Assembly (NCBI GenBank): GCA_043823745.1
Contig: JBDRAN010000016.1
Span: 1,243-65,242 of the forward strand
Reading direction: 5' to 3'
Source of the DNA: Candidatus Omnitrophota bacterium
GTDB lineage: Bacteria > Omnitrophota > Gorgyraeia > Duberdicusellales > 4484-171
DNA: 64,000 nt
A model generated the notes under the pieces. That model worked only from the letters and a program-made list of their open reading frames with translations. It searched no databases and was not told the origin of the DNA. Shown here piece after piece: positions 55,801 to 64,000 of the stretch. A program made the translations under genes and the position numbers. Position 1 is the stretch's first letter; each line of letters opens with the position of its first letter.

Positions 55801-57393
55801 CGTACTCGCTATACGACCCCGGGTGTAACGCTCATATCACCGCCGCCGCATCATGATATTTATTCCATTGAGGATTTGGCGCAATTGATTTTTGATTTAA
55901 AGAATGTGAATCCTTCGGCGCGCATCAGCGTGAAGCTTGTTTCCGAGGTCGGCGTGGGCACGGTTGCTGCCGGTGTTGCCAAGGGGCATGCTGATATGAT
56001 CCTTGTTTCGGGTGGTGACGGAGGAACAGGCGCCTCGCCATTAAGTTCTATAAAACACGCGGGACTTCCTTGGGAATTGGGAATTTCCGAGACCCATCAA
56101 ACACTTGTTTTGAACGGACTTCGTTCGCGCGTGCGTCTTCAAACTGACGGACAGATGCGTACCGGAAGGGACGTAGCGATTGCTGCGATGCTGGGGGCGG
56201 AAGAGTTTGGATTTTGTACGGCGGCGCTCGTTATTTCCGGGTGCGTGATGCTGCGGCATTGTCACCTGAACAATTGTTCGGTTGGTGTTGCCACGCAGGA
56301 TGAGTTGCTTGAGCATCGTTTTCGGGGGAAACCGGAATATCTGGTCAATTATTTTAATTTTGTTGCCCGGGAGCTGCGTGAAATCATGGCAAGTCTTGGC
56401 GTGCGCAGCCTTAATGAATTAGTCGGAAGAACCGATTTGCTTTCGGTTAACGAGGCGATTCTCCCGTGGAAGGCTACGGGGATCGATCTTTCAAAACTGC
56501 TCTATCAGCCGCAGTCAAAACGTAATGCAAGCGTTTATTGCACGAGCCTGCAGGAACATGATGTCGATAAGGTACTTGACCGAAAGCTCATTGAGCAGGC
56601 GCGTCAGGTATTTGAGAACCGGCTTCCCGTTAAGCATGAGTTTGTGATTCATAATACCGATAGAGCGACCGGCGCGATGTTAAGCGGCGCGATGGTTAAG
56701 CGTTTCGGTGAGGGCGGTCTTGGCGAGGATACCATTCATTATGTTTTTAGAGGTGTTGCCGGACAAAGTTTCGGCGCGTTTCTGTCAAAAGGAATCACAT
56801 TTGAGCTTGAAGGTATGGCAAATGATTATGTCGGAAAAGGTATTTCAGGCGGAAAAATTATTATATACCCGGATACGCGTAGCACCTTTACGTCTCATAA
56901 AAATATTATCATAGGAAATACGACGTTTTATGGGGCGATTTGCGGCGAGGCTTACATTCGAGGGGTTGCCGGAGAGCGATTTTGTATCCGTAATTCCGGG
57001 CTTCTCGCGGTTGTTGAGGGCGTGGGGGATCATGGATGCGAATACATGACGGGTGGCGTCGTAGTGATCATGGGTGCTGTCGGAAGAAATTTTGCTGCAG
57101 GAATGAGTGGTGGAATCGCGTACGTATATGACGTGAACCGTGATTTTAAGAAGAAATGTAATTTTGAAATGGTGGAGTTAGAGCGTTTGACTTCCGATGA
57201 TGCAGTCCATATTCGTAATTTATTGCACAATCACTATACGTATACCAAGAGTGATGTTTCAAAGAGTGTCTTTGACAATTTTACGAAGGAGCTTAAGCAT
57301 TTTATCAAAGTAATGCCGATTGAATATAAACGGGTTTTGGCAGTGCAAAAGAGTGAGCAGAAAGCAGGGCTGGCGGATGAGTCAGATGGATAA
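52873..57393 (+). CDS. gltB: glutamate synthase large subunit (GltB)
   Basis: 1506 aa. Ntn-amidotransferase start CGVGFL. FMN and 3Fe-4S regions. C-terminal GXGXG beta-helix domain. Confidence 0.9.
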   Translation: MGYNHFPKPQGLYNPEYEHDSCGVGFLCNIKGKKTNYVVRQALEVLRRLSHRGATGADPKTGDGAGVLMQMPHEFFKNVCEGARIDLPDFGLYGTGLIFLPTESGERELCKKIFARIVKEEAQELLGWRSVPVDNTTIGKTARSIGPAIEQVFIARNKVIRDQLSFERVLYVIRKRIENEVLALRMSQQSFFYITNLSSRTFVYKGLLMPDQLEGFFLDLKDPAIVSALCLVHSRYSTNTFPTWNLAQPFRFLAHNGEINTLRGNINWMRARESLLASSLFGSRLKKLQPFIVPGGSDSAAIDNIFELLTLSGKDLAGAMMMLIPAAWEQNDLLNKKVRDFYRYHACSMEPWDGPAAIAFTDGTRVGAVLDRNGLRPARYIITKDDFVVMASEMGVLDIKPEDILVSGRLQPGKMFFIDTEDGRIIEDQEIKKRVAARNPYGAWLTDNVVALATLPPAPSTLKVKNAKAMLAAFGYTREDLKIIIKPMAEEGKEPIGSMGNDIPHAVLSKNPQLLYTYFKQLFAQVTNPAIDPIREELVMSLESYIGAQKNLLDETPEHCRKFYVRNPILSNADVAKIKRIRTGGFKTKTVSICFAAKRSGDLHRALVGICRQATSAIKEGFTFLVLSDRGVDEKHAAIPTLLALSALHQHLVRKSLRSRIGIIIESAEPREVHHFALLFGYGAGCINPYGAYEAIKLMITQGDISADGREAEENYVEAVKTGIMKILSKMGISTLQSYRGAQIFEALGIHQDVIDECFTGTASRIGGVDFDIIEREALLRHARGYGIKNDDEFVSGGLYQWRRDGEFHLWNPESIACLQDATRLNSFAKYQEFSRLINDQSKNPTTIRSLFNFKKQTPVSIEGVEPFEDIFKRFATGAMSFGSISKAAHETLAIAMNQLGGKSNTGEGGEDPARFVPLASGDSARSAIKQVASGRFGVTTNYLVNADELQIKIAQGAKPGEGGQLPGHKVSAIIARTRYTTPGVTLISPPPHHDIYSIEDLAQLIFDLKNVNPSARISVKLVSEVGVGTVAAGVAKGHADMILVSGGDGGTGASPLSSIKHAGLPWELGISETHQTLVLNGLRSRVRLQTDGQMRTGRDVAIAAMLGAEEFGFCTAALVISGCVMLRHCHLNNCSVGVATQDELLEHRFRGKPEYLVNYFNFVARELREIMASLGVRSLNELVGRTDLLSVNEAILPWKATGIDLSKLLYQPQSKRNASVYCTSLQEHDVDKVLDRKLIEQARQVFENRLPVKHEFVIHNTDRATGAMLSGAMVKRFGEGGLGEDTIHYVFRGVAGQSFGAFLSKGITFELEGMANDYVGKGISGGKIIIYPDTRSTFTSHKNIIIGNTTFYGAICGEAYIRGVAGERFCIRNSGLLAVVEGVGDHGCEYMTGGVVVIMGAVGRNFAAGMSGGIAYVYDVNRDFKKKCNFEMVELERLTSDDAVHIRNLLHNHYTYTKSDVSKSVFDNFTKELKHFIKVMPIEYKRVLAVQKSEQKAGLADESDG

Positions 57394-57472
57394 CTGGTAG
57401 CTACCAGCTCTCAGCTCTCAGCTTTCAGCTATCAGCCAGGGAAATACAAAAAGCTGAAGACTGATAGCTGAC

Positions 57473-57600
57473 GACTGTCCCGTTTCCTATAATATTATAA
57501 TAAGGTGCGGGACGCCCCGAACCTTGATAAGCAAATAAAGAAAACGGGTGCTGTCCCGTTTCCTATAATAGTTTATTAAGGTGCGGGACGCCCCGAATCC
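57473..57600. repeat. two copies of a roughly 55-bp direct repeat, each with a GTCCCG…CGGGAC inverted repeat, in the gltB-gltD spacer
   Basis: ctgtcccgtttcctataatattataataaggtgcgggacgccccgaa at 57473..57527, again at 57552..57600 (about 90% identical). Preceded by the palindrome ctggtagctaccag, (cagctnt)n repeats and the inverted repeat cagctatcag / ctgatagctg. Confidence 0.8.
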
Positions 57601-57645
57601 GTGTAATTATTACAGGTAACGGGATTGAAAGCTTATTAAAAAATT

Positions 57646-59091
57646 ATGAGTGATGTAAAAGGATTCCTCAAAGTTAAACGGAAAACGGCAGAATGTCGGC
57701 CTGTCGCCGTGCGTATTAAAGATTATCGTGAGGTGATGAATTTGCATTCGCGCACGGTAACGGTTGAGCAGGCATCGCGCTGCATGGATTGCGGAACCCC
57801 GTTTTGTCATTGGGCGTGTCCGATCGGCAATTATATTCCGGAGTGGAACGATCTTGCATTCCGCAGGCAATGGGAGAAAGCGTTTCGTTTTCTTGATTCT
57901 ACCAATAATTTTCCCGAAATTACCGGAAGGCTGTGCCCGGCGCTCTGTGAGTACAGTTGTGTGCTGGGGATCAACGATGACGCAGTTACGATCAGAGAGA
58001 ATGAGCTTGCGATTATTGAACATGCTTTTAAAAAAGGCTTTATTAAAGCGCGGCCGCCCGCAAAGCGGACCGGGAAAAAAATTGCCGTAATCGGTTCGGG
58101 GCCCGCGGGACTGGCGGCAGCGGCACAGCTTAATCGTGCGGGGCATCATGTGGTTGTTTTTGAACGCGATGACAAGGCAGGAGGAATTCTTCGTTACGGC
58201 ATTCCTGATTTTAAGCTTGAGAAGCGTATTATCGATCGAAGGCTGAAGATTCTTCGTGATGAGGGGATTGAGTTTTGCTGTAGCATCGATGTAGGTGTCG
58301 ATTATACCGCCGCCAGGCTTAGAAAAGAATTTGACGTAATATGTTTATGCGGCGGATCGCGCGTTCCGCGCGATCTTGCTATTGGGGGACGCGAGTTACG
58401 CGGTATTTACTTTGCGATGGATTATCTTGTGCAATCCAATCGCCGCGTTGCAGGTACATTGATTCCCGCAGCTTCTTGTATTGGTGCGAAAAATAAGCGC
58501 GTGATAGTCATCGGAGGAGGAGATACGGGCGCTGATTGCGTAGGTACCGCACATCGTCAAGGAGCACGGAGTGTATCTCAGATTGAAGTCATGCCAAAGC
58601 CGGAGTCATGCCGCAGCATAGAGTATCCGTGGCCAAAGTACCCCTTGTTGCTTAAGACATCGACAAGTCACCAGGAAGGCGGCCAGCGTCAGTGGTCAAT
58701 CTTAACAAAGGAGTTTTCCGGTTCGCACGGTGATGTAAAAAAAATAGTATGCAGCCGCGTTGAGTTTACGCAACAGGCAGGCAATGCGTGTCCGGTTGCA
58801 AAAGAAATTGTTGGTTCCGAATTTGAAATCGACGCGGACATGGTCGTACTCGCGGTCGGTTTTCTCCACCCCGAGCATAGCCCTTTATTATCCAGCCTTG
58901 GTGTTTGTTATGATGGTCGCGGGAATGTTAAAACCGATGAACATTGTATGACGAGTGCCAAGGGGGTATTTAGTGCCGGTGATATGCGTCGTGGCCAATC
59001 CCTTATCGTTTGGGCTATTGCCGAAGGTCGTACCGCCGCGCATGCAATTGATACCTGGCTTATGGGCAGAAGTAACCTTCCGGTGATCTAG
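57646..59091 (+). CDS. gltD: glutamate synthase small subunit (GltD, NADPH-dependent)
   Basis: N-terminal Fe-S cysteines (CMDCGTPFCHWACP), two dinucleotide-binding motifs (VIGSGPAGLAAA; VIGGGDTGADC). 481 aa. Confidence 0.9.
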   Translation: MSDVKGFLKVKRKTAECRPVAVRIKDYREVMNLHSRTVTVEQASRCMDCGTPFCHWACPIGNYIPEWNDLAFRRQWEKAFRFLDSTNNFPEITGRLCPALCEYSCVLGINDDAVTIRENELAIIEHAFKKGFIKARPPAKRTGKKIAVIGSGPAGLAAAAQLNRAGHHVVVFERDDKAGGILRYGIPDFKLEKRIIDRRLKILRDEGIEFCCSIDVGVDYTAARLRKEFDVICLCGGSRVPRDLAIGGRELRGIYFAMDYLVQSNRRVAGTLIPAASCIGAKNKRVIVIGGGDTGADCVGTAHRQGARSVSQIEVMPKPESCRSIEYPWPKYPLLLKTSTSHQEGGQRQWSILTKEFSGSHGDVKKIVCSRVEFTQQAGNACPVAKEIVGSEFEIDADMVVLAVGFLHPEHSPLLSSLGVCYDGRGNVKTDEHCMTSAKGVFSAGDMRRGQSLIVWAIAEGRTAAHAIDTWLMGRSNLPVI

Positions 59092-59205
59092 TAGCCTTAA
59101 AGCGCATAAATACGTTATTCCTTCCGGCGGGCCTACACCCCGAAATATTGACGCCCCACAGAAAAATGGTAAGATACCCCCATATGTATATAGATATATA
59201 AGGAG

Positions 59206-59682
59206 GTGTTTATGGCGCAAGAGGGAATCCAGAAAAAGATGATCGAGTTGCTCGCCCAGAACGAAGAAATTATTTCAGAATTATACCTGCATTGCGCGCG
59301 CAAGAACATTGCGCAGTATAGTTTCTGGAGTACGCTCGCGCAAGAAGAGCTTTTACACGCCAGTTGGCTCCGTAAATTGGGTGCCGATATTGAAAGCGGT
59401 AAGGTTCGCCTTGACGAGAATCGTTTCAGAGCCGACACGATTGAAGAATCAATACGGAGTATTGAGGGTCACCTTGCGCAGTTTCGTCAGAAACCGCCTT
59501 CGTTGAAAGAAGCGATTGCGGTAGCAGAAACCATTGAATCAACGCTTGCTGAAAGTGAATTTTTTAAGGTATTCGCTACTGATGATCCCCTGTTACAGGG
59601 ATTATTACGTGCGCTTGCGCAGGCATGCGTTGAGCATCGCAACCGACTCCTCGAGATGGCGCGTAAGGAAGGCGTTTCGTAA
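59206..59682 (+). CDS. hypothetical helical protein
   Basis: All-helical predicted composition. No diagnostic motif. The start may be the ATG at 59212. Confidence 0.3.
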   Translation: MFMAQEGIQKKMIELLAQNEEIISELYLHCARKNIAQYSFWSTLAQEELLHASWLRKLGADIESGKVRLDENRFRADTIEESIRSIEGHLAQFRQKPPSLKEAIAVAETIESTLAESEFFKVFATDDPLLQGLLRALAQACVEHRNRLLEMARKEGVS

Positions 59683-59736
59683 TACCGAGAGCGCGATTGC
59701 CGGTCGCGATGAGAACAACTCCTGGGCAAGGAGAAG

Positions 59737-60156
59737 ATGCAGTTTAGATTTCGCAAAGAAGATTTATTGATAATTACGTTATTGTCGATATTACTGGTTC
59801 TTGAGCTTTTCATTGTTCTCTCGATCGCTATTTTTCAGAAGCTTACCTTCCTGATCGCTCTTTTTATCGGCACCATAAAAGTTCTTTCCGCTGCGTTTCT
59901 TATTCTTAATATTTTCTTTTTAATTGCGACACTCCTCTTAAAGGAAAAGAAACTGGTCAATGCGTCCTGGCGCGCGTATCTGAAAGAGTCGATGCGGTTT
60001 TCTTTGAGTGCTTCCATCATTGCGATGTTCGCGCTTAGTGCATCAGCGTTTTTGGGAATGGTGCTTTTCGCGGGGATAAGCAGGTTGTACCATCTTTCTG
60101 CACTTGATAATTTTATAGAATCGTTGCGTTTCTGGGTTGCGCGCAATATATATTGA
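59737..60156 (+). CDS. hypothetical membrane protein
   Basis: 139 aa with 3-4 hydrophobic segments. Confidence 0.35.
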   Translation: MQFRFRKEDLLIITLLSILLVLELFIVLSIAIFQKLTFLIALFIGTIKVLSAAFLILNIFFLIATLLLKEKKLVNASWRAYLKESMRFSLSASIIAMFALSASAFLGMVLFAGISRLYHLSALDNFIESLRFWVARNIY

Positions 60157-60665
60157 TAATGCGTATTTTGGTTGCAAGCATTGCCGTCGGTATCGTATGT
60201 GCGACTATTGCGGCTAATCATACCCTTCCATGCCTTTCTCAAGACCTCCTTCGCGTTATTATCAATCAATTGCTCTGTAGTATTGTCGGTTTTTCGTTTG
60301 GAACGTATAGTACCCTTTCCGTGTTTTGTTTGTTTTCGCGGCGCGCCTATGATTTTTCACCCCTGGTGGTTGCGGCAGGCCTCATCGGGGGAGCCATCGC
60401 GGGTTTATTATTTTTTTATTTTGTTCTAGCAGCGGTAAGTTTATTGATGTTGCGTTCGTTGCTTTTTATGCCTTCGTGGGTTTCCAGTCTTGTTCTCAAC
60501 CTGACTCGTTTGGGGAGTATCATCGGGTGCGCGCTTTATGCGGGTAGCCATGCGCTGAGAGTGAAAAAACCATTGCCCAAAAATTTTTTTCTTCGTTTCG
60601 TCAGTTTCGCTATCGGGTCTCTTATTTTGTTTCTTCCCCTCATTTTTCTTTGGACTACCTGCTAA
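60153..60665 (+). CDS. hypothetical membrane protein
   Basis: 170 aa with about 5 hydrophobic segments. Start overlaps the previous stop. Confidence 0.35.
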   Translation: MIMRILVASIAVGIVCATIAANHTLPCLSQDLLRVIINQLLCSIVGFSFGTYSTLSVFCLFSRRAYDFSPLVVAAGLIGGAIAGLLFFYFVLAAVSLLMLRSLLFMPSWVSSLVLNLTRLGSIIGCALYAGSHALRVKKPLPKNFFLRFVSFAIGSLILFLPLIFLWTTC

Positions 60666-60729
60666 AAACCATTGCCCTGCTTATTTTTATCTTGTAATAG
60701 CTCTTTGCTTGTGATAATATTTTTCAGTT

Positions 60730-62259
60730 ATGCAAACATTACTCTACTGTACTGCAAAGGCGGGATCGAAGGTTTCCATGCCTTTTCCTGTTTCTGTCGC
60801 GTCCAAGAAAAAGGCTATCGTGGCAAGCGATAGTGCGCTGGTCATCCTCAGCGAAGAATTCTTAAAGCGCAATAAAGGTTTGCGTGCAGCCCAATACCCC
60901 GGTAAGGTATTCCTTATTCATTGTGCCGCGGAAGGCAAAGGGAACTTAGCACTTCTTAAGATGCACGGATGTTTTGATTATTTTACCGATCATGATTCTG
61001 CAAAAATAATTCTTTTTAAGATTCAGCGTGCGCTTAACACCGTTGATTTTAAAGTTCGTATCGGGAACTTGGAGCGCGAGCTTTCCAGCCGTCATCGTAA
61101 AATAGAAAAAATCGTCTTAACGGACCCTCTTACCGGATGCTATAACTGGAGATATTTTCTTAGGCGCGCGCAACAGGAGCTAAGCCGTGCCCGCAGGCAT
61201 TTAAGCAAGCTTTCCTTTGTCGTTATCGATATCGATCATTTCCGTCAGATTAACGAGATGTATACCGTTAAATTCGCCGATCACGTCATCAAGGAGATGG
61301 CGGGGATTTTGCAGGATAACCTTCGTCAGGAAGATATCCTTGCCCGCTGGCGGGAGGATGAGTTTTTTATTATTTTGCCTTATCAGGGCCGCACGGAGGC
61401 GTATCGTGTAGGGACGCGAATCAGGAATAAGATTTCCGCATATCGGTTTCAGCACAAGAATATAACAGTACGCCTTAAAGTGAGCGTATGCATGGTTTCG
61501 TTCCCCGAGGATAGAATTTTTAGCGTTAAAGATGTCATCAATACTCTTGAGCGTTGCCTGATTGAAGTAAAACGCAGAGGGGGTGACAGCGCGATGCTTT
61601 ATTCTCAGCCGCAGCCGGTTTTGATCGAGAAAGGAGAGAAGAAAGAAACTGTCGGAGAACTTAAGAGTAAGATAGAGCGGCTCAATAGTCTTTTGAGCCG
61701 TGATATTTTGGAAATGATTTTTGGCTTCGCGCGCGCTATCGAAGCTAAAGATTCATACACGGGAAGGCATGTCGAAACAACATCCCTCTTGGCGGAGAAA
61801 ATAGCCAAAGAGTTGCAATTGCCAAGCCAGGAAGCGGAAAATGTCAAGCGCGCCGCGGTTTTGCATGACTTAGGGAAAGTTGGCATTGAGGAGAGCATTC
61901 TTTCTAAAAAAGGTCCGTTGACCTTTAAGGAAAAAGAGGTTATAAAGTCCCACCCGTGGATTGCGGCGGAGATTTTGCGGGAGATACACGGTCTTCGCGG
62001 CGCTATTCCCGCAATTTTGTATCATCACGAGCGCTATGATGGAAAGGGTTATCCGATTGGTCTTAAGGGCGAAGAGATCCCTTTAAGTGCGCGTATCGTG
62101 GCGATATCCGACGTATATCAAGCGCTCGTTAGTGATCGGCCGTATCGGAAGGCTTTCACCAAGCGGCAAGCTTTAAGTATTATTAAGAATGAGTCAGGGA
62201 AGCAATTTGATCCCAAGATCGTTAAGATATTTCTAAAGGTAATTAAGAAAATCGATTAG
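60730..62259 (+). CDS. degenerate-GGDEF domain plus HD-GYP phosphodiesterase domain protein
   Basis: GGDEF-fold region whose signature reads RWREDEFFIILP (REDEF instead of GG[D/E]EF). C-terminal HD-GYP (AAVLHDLGKVGI … HHERYDGKGYP). Confidence 0.75.
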   Translation: MQTLLYCTAKAGSKVSMPFPVSVASKKKAIVASDSALVILSEEFLKRNKGLRAAQYPGKVFLIHCAAEGKGNLALLKMHGCFDYFTDHDSAKIILFKIQRALNTVDFKVRIGNLERELSSRHRKIEKIVLTDPLTGCYNWRYFLRRAQQELSRARRHLSKLSFVVIDIDHFRQINEMYTVKFADHVIKEMAGILQDNLRQEDILARWREDEFFIILPYQGRTEAYRVGTRIRNKISAYRFQHKNITVRLKVSVCMVSFPEDRIFSVKDVINTLERCLIEVKRRGGDSAMLYSQPQPVLIEKGEKKETVGELKSKIERLNSLLSRDILEMIFGFARAIEAKDSYTGRHVETTSLLAEKIAKELQLPSQEAENVKRAAVLHDLGKVGIEESILSKKGPLTFKEKEVIKSHPWIAAEILREIHGLRGAIPAILYHHERYDGKGYPIGLKGEEIPLSARIVAISDVYQALVSDRPYRKAFTKRQALSIIKNESGKQFDPKIVKIFLKVIKKID

Positions 62260-62285
62260 CCTGCCACCGTCGCGCACTCCACCGT

Positions 62286-62777
62286 ATGATTCAATACATT
62301 AAAGATTCGCAGAAAATTACCAAAGACCAATTGTATATGCAGGCTGCGCTAGCGGAAGCCGAAGCTGCAGCTTCTGAGGATGAGGTTCCGGTAGGAGCGG
62401 TTATCGTGCACCGAGAGGGGATTATTGCTCGCGCGCACAATCAAATAGAACGTCTTTGTGACCCCACCGCGCATGCAGAGATACTGGCAGTAACCCAGGC
62501 GGCGGCTTTCTTGAAAAAAAAATGGCTCGTTGATTGTGCCTTGTATGTTACGATTGAGCCTTGTTTAATGTGCGCGGGCGCGCTTGTCCTTGCGCGCTTA
62601 GGAAAGCTTGTGTTTGGGGCATCCGATTCTAAAACCGGCGCCTTCGGCTCAAAAGCTGATATCAATACGCTTGGCCTCAATCACCGTATTCGCGTACGCA
62701 AGGGCGTATTCGGCGAAGAATGCGGCCAGCTTATAAACGGCTTTTTCTTGGCCAAGCGTAAGTTAAAAAAAGTCTAG
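62286..62777 (+). CDS. tadA: tRNA-specific adenosine deaminase TadA
   Basis: CDA zinc motifs HAEILA and PCLMCAGA. About 150-163 aa. Confidence 0.85.
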   Translation: MIQYIKDSQKITKDQLYMQAALAEAEAAASEDEVPVGAVIVHREGIIARAHNQIERLCDPTAHAEILAVTQAAAFLKKKWLVDCALYVTIEPCLMCAGALVLARLGKLVFGASDSKTGAFGSKADINTLGLNHRIRVRKGVFGEECGQLINGFFLAKRKLKKV

Positions 62778-62984
62778 GAAGAATCTTTGCCTTTTTGAAG
62801 CGTTTTTTGATATAATCGGAAAATAATCAAGATAGCAATAATCTTTTGTGCTATGTGGCTCTCATCGCCGCGTCTATATACTCAAAGAATTCCTTCGGCA
62901 TTCTTTGAGAACGCGTCGATATCAGTGAATCTAAGTTTTTTGTACGCTTGCGAACGCAAACTTCAAAAAACTAAGAGTCACTAA

Positions 62985-63205
62985 ATTTTCTGAGAATGTG
63001 TTGAGATAACCAACCCTAAGACTTTTGTTCGCTGAGGCTCCAAAAGCCTAAGGGTTGGTAATCAGTTGTTCTTTCAAGAATTAGTTTATCCCTCAACACA
63101 TCTGAATACTCATAAAATTTATACTAAATTTTATGAGAATGTGTTGAGATAACCAACTCTAAGATTTTTGTTCGCTAAAGCTCCAAAAACCTAAGAGTTG
63201 GTAAG
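62985..63205. repeat. two roughly 78-bp direct repeats immediately upstream of tRNA-Ser(TGA)
   Basis: ttttctgagaatgtgttgagataaccaaccctaagacttttgttcgctgaggctccaaaagcctaagggttggtaa at 62985..63062, again at 63128..63205 (about 90% identical). Each carries an accaaccct…agggttggt inverted repeat. Confidence 0.8.
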
Positions 63206-63294
63206 GAGGAGTGGCAGAGTGGTCGAATGCGGCGGTCTTGAAAACCGTTAGACCCGCAAGGGTCTCGTGGGTTCAAATCCTACCTCCTCCGCCA
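63205..63294 (+). tRNA. tRNA-Ser (anticodon TGA)
   Basis: Acceptor GGAGGAG/CTCCTCC, anticodon stem CGGT/ACCG with loop CTTGAAA (anticodon UGA), long variable arm, T-arm GTGGG-TTCAAAT-CCTAC, discriminator G, encoded CCA. Confidence 0.85.
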
Positions 63295-64000
63295 TTGCAA
63301 CCAATTCGAACCTTTGCGCTCATCATCTAGCAGCGCGAGGGTTCGAATTTTGCTATGTGCGACACAATAAGGCTTAAAATTCTTCTCATCCCCGCTAAAA
63401 AGCTGATAAAAGTCGTTTTCTTTGGTTAAGATCGGCTCTAGACTTATGGGCCCCAGTAGCTCCTTAAGTGCCAGGGAAGAGGAGACGGTGTTCTTATTTA
63501 AGGTTTCTCGTAAGTTTTCCAGTCTGTGCTTGATCCATTCCTTAGGCGGCACTTTAAAGCTATTCTCCTTTTGAAACTCCAAAGATCCAACTTCCTGCTT
63601 TAGTTCATCGCTATTCTTTTCTGCCTCGGTTAAAGCCTCGGATACAGCCTTTGAAACATTACCTAACTTGATAAAGTTAAGGTAGTTTTGTATTTCTTGT
63701 TGGATCTTCTCATATTGAGCATTTTTTTTCTTGACCAGTTCGGGCACTTCGTTAAATCCTTCGGCTGCGATCTTTTCGACGTTCTTGTAGACATATTCGA
63801 GGTTTTCGGTAGTCAATAAATTCTCTTTGAGCTCTTTGATAATGATCTCTTCGATTCTTTTGCGGGGAATAAGGAGCGTGTTATTGCAGGTTTTTCTTCC
63901 GGCATTATAACAGCCATAGTAGCCGGTGCCTTTACCGCTCATAAGAACAATAGCTCCACCGCAGGTGTTACATCTCATCAAACCGGAAAGTAAGTGATTG
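63280..64000 (-). CDS. large serine recombinase, C-terminal part (recombinase zinc-ribbon + coiled-coil); 5' end beyond window
   Basis: …CNTCGGAIVLMSGKGTGYYGCYNAGRKTCNNTLLIPRKRIEEII… is the zinc beta-ribbon of large serine recombinases, followed by a coiled-coil. The reading frame is open to the window edge. The stop at 63280 overlaps the 3' end of tRNA-Ser by about 15 nt. Confidence 0.7.
   Translation of the reverse strand, partial: NHLLSGLMRCNTCGGAIVLMSGKGTGYYGCYNAGRKTCNNTLLIPRKRIEEIIIKELKENLLTTENLEYVYKNVEKIAAEGFNEVPELVKKKNAQYEKIQQEIQNYLNFIKLGNVSKAVSEALTEAEKNSDELKQEVGSLEFQKENSFKVPPKEWIKHRLENLRETLNKNTVSSSLALKELLGPISLEPILTKENDFYQLFSGDEKNFKPYCVAHSKIRTLALLDDERKGSNWLQWRRR

Noticed and set aside
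62880-62984. Possible small structured RNA (inverted repeats around tgcgaacgca) between tadA and tRNA-Ser
   Set aside because: Only short imperfect palindromes are present, with no promoter or terminator pair and no family resemblance. They were left as part of the repeat-rich junction and not called as a gene.

Overview
This is a gene-dense 64 kb stretch of an apparently anaerobic bacterial chromosome. About 75 features are supported and nearly all are on the + strand; only a polyprenyl synthetase and a 3'-terminal serine recombinase are on the - strand. No CRISPR array or rRNA is present.

In order, the window contains:
- (a) A tRNA neighbourhood with a LOG-family gene, a Zn-ribbon ORF, a GIY-YIG nuclease ORF wedged between a tRNA 5'-fragment and tRNA-Arg(TCG), tRNA-Ser(GGA), a beta-carbonic-anhydrase-like gene and a stand-alone Cas4-like PD-(D/E)XK/Fe-S nuclease.
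- (b) A type II PKS-like module: a triad-less KS-like protein (CLF-like), a dedicated ACP and an active KS. It is followed by an alpha/beta hydrolase, a CrtI-family FAD oxidoreductase, a TPR protein, a polyprenyl synthetase and a UbiA prenyltransferase. Together these look like a candidate prenylated polyketide or lipid biosynthetic cluster.
- (c) A lone RAYT-like Y1 (HUH) transposase.
- (d) A PhnD-like binding protein with a NarXL-type two-component system.
- (e) An HdrCBA-MvhD-FrhB-like-AsrAB-like electron-bifurcation-type cluster. Almost every gene junction in it carries AT-rich heptamer microsatellites (aactcaa / ataaacc / ccatcaa / tttatag), complementary families that can fold into long hairpins. 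One copy lies in frame inside the AsrB-like gene and encodes an Asn/Ser/Thr-rich insert, and further copies recur elsewhere in the window. A four-helix-bundle (IVS-type) gene is also inserted in this operon.
- (f) A molybdoenzyme island: moeA, a porin, a ttrBCA-order molybdopterin oxidoreductase whose two Tat signal peptides both read S-R-K-G-F-L-K (Arg-Lys instead of Arg-Arg), a receiver protein, tatA (missed by the ORF track), tatC, mobA, moaA, a ChrA-family half transporter, moaC, a MOSC gene and mogA.
- (g) A histidine kinase, an AT-rich polytopic membrane protein, a candidate small RNA with three CAAUGAAG motifs, and a 167-bp tandem duplication of the structured leader plus first 8 codons of a small sigma factor.
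- (h) A nitrogen-assimilation island with three PII genes around amt, GSIII, a GATase, an NtrC remnant, and gltB/gltD separated by a repeat-rich spacer. It includes a tandem array of REP-like double-hairpin units.
- (i) A degenerate-GGDEF/HD-GYP protein, tadA, 78-bp direct repeats, and tRNA-Ser(TGA) overlapped by the 3' end of a large serine recombinase. This marks the edge of an integrated element that continues past the window.
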